From: Gemmatimonadales bacterium
GTDB lineage: Bacteria; Gemmatimonadota; Gemmatimonadetes; Gemmatimonadales; GWC2-71-9
Assembly (NCBI GenBank): GCA_039794085.1
Contig: JBDIWC010000008.1
Location: 44,845 to 108,844, forward strand
Direction: 5' to 3'
DNA length: 64,000 bases
The notes beneath the pieces are model-generated. The model was not told the origin of the DNA. It did not search any database and saw nothing but the letters and a program-made list of their open reading frames with translations. Every line of letters starts with the position of its first letter. Within the stretch, counting starts at the first letter, position 1. Positions 58,066 through 64,000 of the stretch are shown piece by piece. The position numbers were made by a program, and so were the translations under genes.

Positions 58066-58095
58066 AATATGGCCCCGGGGGCATAGCGGGGACAA
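58066..58095 (-). promoter_or_regulatory. Candidate leaderless promoter for Rrf2 gene
   Basis: TTGTCC-18 nt-CATATT, 6 nt before ATG; no SD. Confidence 0.45.
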
Positions 58096-58125
58096 GTTCC
58101 CGCCCCGCAACGCCCCCCCCCCGCC

Positions 58126-59529
58126 TCAGTCCCGCTGGCCGGGGACGCCGAGTTCGGTCATGGCCCGCAGATCGAGCACGGTGTCCATCTCCGCCTCGGT
58201 GAGAAGCTTCTTCCGCACCACCAGCTCCCGCACCGTCAGACCGGTGGCGATCGCTTCCTTGGCCAGTCGGGCGGCCTCGGTGTATCCGATCTTCGGCGCC
58301 AGGGCGGTGACCAGGGCCGGACTCCGCTCCAGCCAATGGGCACACTGGGCCTCATCGGCCTGGATCCCCCGGATGCAGCGGGTGTCGAAGATCCGCATGG
58401 CGTTGGCGAGAATCTGGGAGGCGAACACGATGTTGTGGGTGATGACCGGCATCATCACGTTGAGCTGAAGCTGTCCCGCCTCCGCGGCCATCGCCACCGT
58501 CGTGTCCAATCCGAGCGCCTGATAGCAGACCTGATTCACCATCTCGGCGATCGAGGGATTCACCTTGCCGGGCATGATGCTGGAGCCGGGCTGCACTTCC
58601 GGCAGCAGGATCTCCGCCAGTCCGGTTCGGGGGCCGCTGGCCAGGAGCCGAATGTCGTTCGCGATCTTGTTGAGGTCGAGCGTCAGCGCCCGGAGAGCAC
58701 CGCTGTAACTGGCGATGTCGCCCATCGATTGCATCAACTGAATCCGGTCCTCGGCCACGCGCAGATCAAGGCCCGTGACCTCCCGAAGCGCCTCCACCAT
58801 CAGCTCGGGATAGGCCGGCTCGGCGTTGAGCCCGGTGCCCACCGCGGTGCCGCCGATGTTCATGACCCGCAGCCAGTCCGCCGCCTCGGCCACCTTGGCC
58901 CGATGCCGCGCGATCGTCCGGCTGTAGGCCATGAACTCCTGGCCGAGACGGATCGGCGTGGCATCCTGCAGATGGGTCCGGCCCGACTTCACGATGTTGT
59001 CGAACGCCGCTCCGCGCTCCGCCAGCGCCCCGGCAAGCCCCTCCATCGCGGCGAGCAGCGCCGGGTGGGCCGCCAGCGTCGCGAGGCGCATCGCCGTGGG
59101 GATCACATCGTTGGTGCTCTGGGCCATGTTGACGTGATCATTCGGGTGGATCGGGCGGTACCCGCCGCGCGGCTCCCCGAGGATCTCGTTGGCGCGGTTG
59201 GCCAGGACCTCGTTGCAGTTCATGTTGTGGCTGGTTCCCGCTCCCGCCTGGTAGACGTCCACCATGAACTGGTCCCGGTGCGCTCCCCCCAGTACCTCAT
59301 CGGCGGCCTGGATGATCGCGTCTGCAAGCGATGCCTCCAGGCGACCCGTCGTCCGATGCACCACCGCGGCCGATCGCTTGATCCAGACCACGGCGTCCAC
59401 GAACGCCGGCAAGGGACGGAGTCCGGAGATGGGGAAGTTCTCGATGGCCCGGACCGTCTGGATGCCGTACAGCGCATCCATCGGAACCGGCTTCTCTCCC
59501 AGGGGGTCCTTCTCGATTCGCATGCTCAT
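58126..59529 (-). CDS. aspA: Aspartate ammonia-lyase
   Basis: QAGAGTSHNMN (aspartase-type rather than FumC QTGSGT), GRTHLQDA, GSSIMPGKVNP. Confidence 0.82.
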   Translation of the reverse strand: MSMRIEKDPLGEKPVPMDALYGIQTVRAIENFPISGLRPLPAFVDAVVWIKRSAAVVHRTTGRLEASLADAIIQAADEVLGGAHRDQFMVDVYQAGAGTSHNMNCNEVLANRANEILGEPRGGYRPIHPNDHVNMAQSTNDVIPTAMRLATLAAHPALLAAMEGLAGALAERGAAFDNIVKSGRTHLQDATPIRLGQEFMAYSRTIARHRAKVAEAADWLRVMNIGGTAVGTGLNAEPAYPELMVEALREVTGLDLRVAEDRIQLMQSMGDIASYSGALRALTLDLNKIANDIRLLASGPRTGLAEILLPEVQPGSSIMPGKVNPSIAEMVNQVCYQALGLDTTVAMAAEAGQLQLNVMMPVITHNIVFASQILANAMRIFDTRCIRGIQADEAQCAHWLERSPALVTALAPKIGYTEAARLAKEAIATGLTVRELVVRKKLLTEAEMDTVLDLRAMTELGVPGQRD

Positions 59530-59623
59530 GGGTTGCCTTCACACGGGGTTGCGTCGATTCGTGTCCGGGGCGAATCGCACGGGTGAGTTGTCTCCGCGCC
59601 GCCGACACCGCGGCATTCCGGGC

Positions 59624-60259
59624 TCAGAGGCCGGCCAGAAAGGGGTTGTCCCTCCGTTCGGTCCCGATGGTCGTGGGTGGCCCATGACCGGGGAGGACGG
59701 AGGTGTCATCGGGGAGCGTCAGCAGCTCCCGCGCAATGCTCGCGAGGAGAGTGCCGAGGTCCCCCCCCGGAAGATCGGTGCGCCCGATCGAGCCCGCAAA
59801 AAGCACGTCTCCCGCGAGCACCACCCCCTCACCCACGAAGACCACATGCCCCGGAGCGTGGCCCGGCGTGTGCCGTACGGCAAACGCGTGGCTGCCCACC
59901 CGCACTCTGTCGCCCGCGGCCAGATCATGGTCGGGAACCGGCAACACCGGCGCATCCAACCCGAACCAGGTCGCCTGCCGGGGGACGGCCTCGTAGAGGG
60001 GACGGTCCGCGGGATGGAGCCGGATCGGGGCTCCCGTGGCCGCGGCCACCGTGCCCACGCCCAGGACGTGATCGATGTGGGCATGGGTGAGCCAGATCTC
60101 GGTGATGCGCCATCCGCGTCTCTCGGCCTCGCGCAGGAAGCGCTCCCCCTCCTCGCCCGGATCCACGATCACCGCCTCCCGGGTCTCCCCGTCGCCGAGA
60201 AGGTAGCAGTTCTGCACGAACTGCCCATTGGGGATCGTGACGATCTCCAGATCAGGCAC
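59624..60259 (-). CDS. MBL-fold metallo-hydrolase (glyoxalase II/YcbL-like)
   Basis: THAHIDH, TPGHAPG, GDVLF.GSIGRTDLPGG, PGHG. Confidence 0.92.
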   Translation of the reverse strand: MPDLEIVTIPNGQFVQNCYLLGDGETREAVIVDPGEEGERFLREAERRGWRITEIWLTHAHIDHVLGVGTVAAATGAPIRLHPADRPLYEAVPRQATWFGLDAPVLPVPDHDLAAGDRVRVGSHAFAVRHTPGHAPGHVVFVGEGVVLAGDVLFAGSIGRTDLPGGDLGTLLASIARELLTLPDDTSVLPGHGPPTTIGTERRDNPFLAGL

Positions 60260-61208
60260 GCCCGGCAGACTTGCGCTCGGCCAGGTGCTTCTCCACCGCG
60301 ATCACGGCGGTGGTGGCGTCCCCCACGGCCGTCGTGACCTGGCGAGTCAGCTGGGATCGCAGATCTCCCGCCGCGTACAGACCGGGCACCGAGGTCATCA
60401 TCCGTTCGTTGGTGATCACGTACCCCCCGGCGTCGTGCTCGTAGTGCTCCTTGATGAGCCCGCTGTTCGGATTGAACCCGATGAAGATGAAGCACCCGGT
60501 GACCGCGAGGGAGCGCTCGTCGCCCGTCACGGTGTCGGCCAGGCGGAGCTCCTTGAGGCCGGTGGGGTCCCCCAGGAGTTCCAGCACCCTGGTGTTCCAC
60601 ACCACCTCGATCTTTGGATTCTCGAAGGCCCGTTCCTGGAGCATCTTCGAGGCTCGGAAGGAGTCGCGCCGGTGGAGGATGTAGACCTTCTTGGCGTACT
60701 TGGTCAGGTAGGTCGCTTCCTCCACGGCGGCGTCCCCTCCCCCGACCACCGCGATGGTTTCCCCCTTGAAAAACGCCCCGTCACAGACGGCACAATAGGA
60801 CACCCCGCGTCCGGCAAACTCCACTTCGCCCGGGACCCCGAGCTTGGTCGGGGTGCCCCCGGCCGTCAGGATCACGGTCGGGGCGCGATACACCCCGCCT
60901 TCCGAGACCCGGACCTCAAAGGTTCCATCGGGCATCCGGTGGATGCCCTCGACATTCTCCTGCCGGATATCCGCGCCGAAGGCCTTGGCATGTTCGGTCA
61001 TCTTCTCGGCGAGGTCGGGACCCAGAATGCTCATAAACCCCGGATAATCCTCGATTCTTTCCGTATTCAGCAGCTCGCCCCCCGGGATGCCCCGTTCCAG
61101 CAGGACCGCGTTGAGCATGCCGCGGCCGGCGTACATCGCGGCACAGAGTCCCGCGGGTCCGGCCCCGACCACGATGACATCCAGGTCCTTGTCGTTCACG
61201 TCCGCCAT
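60252..61208 (-). CDS. trxB: Thioredoxin-disulfide reductase
   Basis: GAGPAG, GVSYCAVCDG, GGGDAAVEEA, HRRD, AAGD; ATG 61208. Confidence 0.95.
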   Translation of the reverse strand: MADVNDKDLDVIVVGAGPAGLCAAMYAGRGMLNAVLLERGIPGGELLNTERIEDYPGFMSILGPDLAEKMTEHAKAFGADIRQENVEGIHRMPDGTFEVRVSEGGVYRAPTVILTAGGTPTKLGVPGEVEFAGRGVSYCAVCDGAFFKGETIAVVGGGDAAVEEATYLTKYAKKVYILHRRDSFRASKMLQERAFENPKIEVVWNTRVLELLGDPTGLKELRLADTVTGDERSLAVTGCFIFIGFNPNSGLIKEHYEHDAGGYVITNERMMTSVPGLYAAGDLRSQLTRQVTTAVGDATTAVIAVEKHLAERKSAGRA

Positions 61209-61314
61209 GGTTCCTTCCCTGTGCTCGGGACGGGTTTCCCCCGTCGTTCGGACTAACACGGCTTCGGTTCGTTCCCGGTTCCATTTCCGGGACGACCCTT
61301 CGTGCCTGCTGCCA

Positions 61315-62169
61315 TCAGGCGGCGCCTGCCCCCGGGATTCCGGTGTCCCGTGCCCGATCCATCGCGTCCAGCCAGGCCCGAGGCACATCCTGCGACCCGA
61401 TCAGCGCATGCCCCCCCGCGCCCGGTCCATCCCCGTGCCAGTCGCTCCCCCCGGACACCAACAGACCAAGCTCCGTGGAGCAGCGCTCGATGCGCTGGCG
61501 AACCTCGGGAGAATGGGACGGATGCGCCGCCTCGATCCCGTCGACTCCGTGGGCTTTCAGGTGTACCATCGCCGCCCGGGTGGCCCGTTGACCCAGGTGG
61601 GCAGCCACAGCAAGAGCACCCACCTCGTGGAGCAGCGTCGTCACCTCGTCGAGAGCAGGAAGCCGCTTGTCGATGCAGGCGGGGCGGCCACGACCGAGGT
61701 ATTTCTGAAACGCCTCCTCCACCGAGGAGACCACCCCCATGCTGACCAGGGCGCGGGCCACGTGTGGCCTTCCCAACGCGGCCGTCCCCGCCTCGGCCCG
61801 GATCTTCTCCTCCGAGAGGGGCACACCAAGATGCCCCAGGGCGCGCACCATCGCGCCAACCCGGCGCAGCCGGTCCTCCCGGCACCGGGTCAGGAAGCTC
61901 TCAACGGCCGTCATCTCGGGATGGAGAAAATAACCCAGAAGGTGCAATTCTCCCCAGGGCGCCGCGACCGAGAACTCACACCCTCCGATGGTCCGGACGC
62001 CGAGGCGCTCGCCGGCGGCACACGCCTCTGTCACCCCATCGAGAGTGTCATGGTCGGTGAGGGCGATCGCCTCGAGACCCGCCGCCGCCGCCCGGGCGAC
62101 CACCTCGGCCGGAGAAAGGAGCCCGTCCGAAGCCACCGAGTGCAGGTGCAGATCGATGAAGCGGGTCAG
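61315..62169 (-). CDS. PHP-domain phosphoesterase (TrpH/YciV-like), probable CTG start
   Basis: IDLHLHS..SDG, ALTDHDT, E, HLLGY, GRPHVA, AH, GGSDWHG; first motif lies upstream of the ORF-track GTG. Confidence 0.85.
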   Translation of the reverse strand: MTRFIDLHLHSVASDGLLSPAEVVARAAAAGLEAIALTDHDTLDGVTEACAAGERLGVRTIGGCEFSVAAPWGELHLLGYFLHPEMTAVESFLTRCREDRLRRVGAMVRALGHLGVPLSEEKIRAEAGTAALGRPHVARALVSMGVVSSVEEAFQKYLGRGRPACIDKRLPALDEVTTLLHEVGALAVAAHLGQRATRAAMVHLKAHGVDGIEAAHPSHSPEVRQRIERCSTELGLLVSGGSDWHGDGPGAGGHALIGSQDVPRAWLDAMDRARDTGIPGAGAA

Positions 62170-62432
62170 CGTTGGTACCCCAGTTCAGGCGACGTCCAGC
62201 TCGGCTGGGATCGGGCGAAGAGCATCCTCAATTCCTCCTCGGGCAGCTCGGCAAGGGACGCCGATCGCGACTTGGTTTTTCGGGGTGAGTAGCGGGAAAT
62301 CCGTTGAACCCGCGCCTTCCCGAGTCCGCTGGTGAACAGCACGCCAAACTCATCCTTGGTGTACTGGGTGTTGCGACCGGTCGAGGTCACGGTCCACACC
62401 TCGTCCCCCACCTGGATGGTCCGATTCGACAT
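62166..62432 (-). CDS. Small hypothetical protein
   Basis: GGAGG RBS before ATG 62432; non-shadow composition; stop overlaps next gene start. Confidence 0.65.
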   Translation of the reverse strand: MSNRTIQVGDEVWTVTSTGRNTQYTKDEFGVLFTSGLGKARVQRISRYSPRKTKSRSASLAELPEEELRMLFARSQPSWTSPELGYQR

Positions 62433-62436
62433 CGAG

Positions 62437-62748
62437 TCAACCTCCTGTTGCGTCTGCCACATGAACTCCGCCGGGGGGCACCTCGTCCCACCAGGATTCC
62501 TCCCTCAGCGCGCCGCACCGGGTCAGCCCGTCCTCGGCAGCCGCCGTGGCGGGAGAAACCTTCCCGTGCAGAGCCACCCGATCCCGACCCGTCCCTTCGA
62601 CGAACTCCAGCCAGGCCCCACCCTCCCCGCGAAACAACCACGCGTGCCATCCGGCGCCTTCCACGCTCCGGCGGAAGGCCTCCCAGGCGGCGAGATACTC
62701 CGGGACCTGGTCCACGACGCGACGACGCATGCGGAGGATCCGGCCCAT
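62437..62748 (-). CDS. Small hypothetical protein
   Basis: Fills gap between E2 and next gene; GAGG before ATG; Trp-rich alpha/beta pattern. Confidence 0.55.
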   Translation of the reverse strand: MGRILRMRRRVVDQVPEYLAAWEAFRRSVEGAGWHAWLFRGEGGAWLEFVEGTGRDRVALHGKVSPATAAAEDGLTRCGALREESWWDEVPPGGVHVADATGG

Positions 62749-62754
62749 GGGACC

Positions 62755-64000
62755 TCAGACGGCCGCGTCGGAAAACTCCTGCACCCCGCGCTTCACATCG
62801 GCCAGGAATCGATCCGCATCGGCACCATCCACGATCCGGTGGTCGTAGGACATGGCGAGCATGCCCAGGGTCCGGATGCCGAGGGAGTCGGTCCCGTCGG
62901 CGGCGCGCACCACGGCCGGTCGTTTCTCGATCGCGCCGATGGCGAGGATGGCGGACTGGGGCTGGTTGATGATGGGGAGCCCCACATAGGACCCGAACAC
63001 ACCGGGATTGGTGATGGTGAAGGTCCCCTTCTGGACCTCGTCCGGTGAGAGGCGCTTGCCCCGGGCCCGTTCGCCCAGGTCGTTGATCGCCCGGGCGATG
63101 CCGAGGAGGCTGAGTTCGTCGGCGTGGCGGATGACCGGGACGATGAGGCCCCAGTCCAGCGCCACCGCGATCCCGACATTGATGTCGCGCCGGTAGATGG
63201 TGCTTTCACCGGACACGGCGGCATTCACCACCGGATGCAGGCGCAGAGTGTCCGCCACGACCTTCGTGATGAAGGCAAGAAACGTGAGATTGACTCCGCG
63301 CTCCGCGTAGGACGCCTTGGCCCCGGCTCGGAGCTGGGCCACCCGGGTGTAGTCCACTTCCATGAGGCTCGCCACGTGGGCGGAGACCCGGCGTGACATG
63401 ATCATGTGATCGGCGGTCAGCTTCCGGATCCGGGACCACGGCTCCACCCGGTCTCCCTCCCAGGGGTCCACCTGCGGCGCCGCGACCGCCGGCACCGGCG
63501 CGGGAGCCGCGGGGGCCGCGGGGGCCGCGGGAGCCGATGGCGCCGGCACGGCGGCTGCGGGGGACGGGGGGGACGGGGGGGACGGGGCCCGTGCCGCGGG
63601 AGCGGGCGCCTGCTCGAGGAAGGTGAGCACGTCCTGCTTGGTGACCCGGCCCGCAATCCCCGATCCCGGAATGGCGCCGAGATCGAGATTGTGCTCGGCC
63701 ACCATCTTTCGCACCAGAGGGGTCGATTTCCGCTGCAACCGTTCCTCGGCCGACTCGGGACCTCCATTGGTGTCGCGCGACGCGTGAGCGGGCGTCGGAG
63801 CCGGACTCGCGGGCGCAGGGGCCGTCGCTTTCGTCGGAGCCGGTGCCGGGGCCGCGGGGGCGGGCTCCGGCGACGGTGCGGGCGTCGGAGCGGCGGGAGC
63901 CTCCGCGCTCACCGCGGCCCCGGCCTCGGTTTCGATCCGTGCCACCACCCTCTGAACTGCCACAGTCTCCCCTTCCTTCACCAGCACTTCGGCCAGCACA
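62755..64000 (-). CDS. 2-oxoacid dehydrogenase E2 dihydrolipoamide acyltransferase (5' end outside window)
   Basis: End of lipoyl domain, E3-binding STPLVRK...GSGIAGRVTKQD, GTFTITNPG, catalytic YDHRIVDG. Confidence 0.93.
   Translation of the reverse strand, partial: VLAEVLVKEGETVAVQRVVARIETEAGAAVSAEAPAAPTPAPSPEPAPAAPAPAPTKATAPAPASPAPTPAHASRDTNGGPESAEERLQRKSTPLVRKMVAEHNLDLGAIPGSGIAGRVTKQDVLTFLEQAPAPAARAPSPPSPPSPAAAVPAPSAPAAPAAPAAPAPVPAVAAPQVDPWEGDRVEPWSRIRKLTADHMIMSRRVSAHVASLMEVDYTRVAQLRAGAKASYAERGVNLTFLAFITKVVADTLRLHPVVNAAVSGESTIYRRDINVGIAVALDWGLIVPVIRHADELSLLGIARAINDLGERARGKRLSPDEVQKGTFTITNPGVFGSYVGLPIINQPQSAILAIGAIEKRPAVVRAADGTDSLGIRTLGMLAMSYDHRIVDGADADRFLADVKRGVQEFSDAAV

Noticed and set aside
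59530..59623. Short hairpins in the aspA leader (and in 61209-61314 before trxB) as riboswitches
   Set aside because: Only short GC stems expected by chance; no recognisable riboswitch consensus
63480..63610. Short tandem repeats (GGGGGGGAC x3; GCGGGGGCC-like units)
   Set aside because: Encode the normal Pro/Ala/Ser linker of E2; not CRISPR or a non-coding repeat

Overview
High-GC, gene-dense core-genome window, almost entirely encoded on the minus strand, with many ATGA/GTGA-coupled genes. The long insertion-bearing SecA and Bacteroidota-style LptD suggest an FCB-group bacterium, probably Gemmatimonadota (inference). Contents, left to right: accC(partial)-pilT/U-accB-pepP-aroQ-TPR protein; ppiD/surA (+); tatA, DUF4321-like, polyprenyl synthase, TPR protein, hutH; a single ORF fusing TatC to LptD; tol-pal cluster, LysM (TsaP-like) protein, ssb, rimI-tsaB-tsaE, uvrB, EVE protein, relA/spoT, radC, secA, nadD, bamD, two TPR proteins; a nucleotide-sugar cluster (epimerase, uxs, ugd, wbpA/B/E/D-like, rmd-like, gmd) interleaved with murB and carB; rpmB (+); alpha operon (rpmJ-rpsM-rpsK-rpsD-rpoA-rplQ); pyrF, pyrD, amidase, smpB, tRNA-Leu(CAG), Rrf2 regulator, aspA, MBL hydrolase, trxB, PHP protein, two small hypotheticals and a partial 2-oxoacid dehydrogenase E2. 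No mobile element, CRISPR array or rRNA was seen. Most notable: (1) the TatC-LptD fusion joined by an internal signal-peptidase-like segment, a possible processed polyprotein; (2) strong enrichment of the Bacteroidota O-glycosylation sequon D-[ST]-[AILVMT] in exported proteins; (3) a pilus retraction ATPase wedged between accB and accC; (4) an 18-proline spacer in Pal; (5) a PHP gene that appears to need a CTG start. Functional calls come from recognising motifs by eye, and start codons were re-picked manually.
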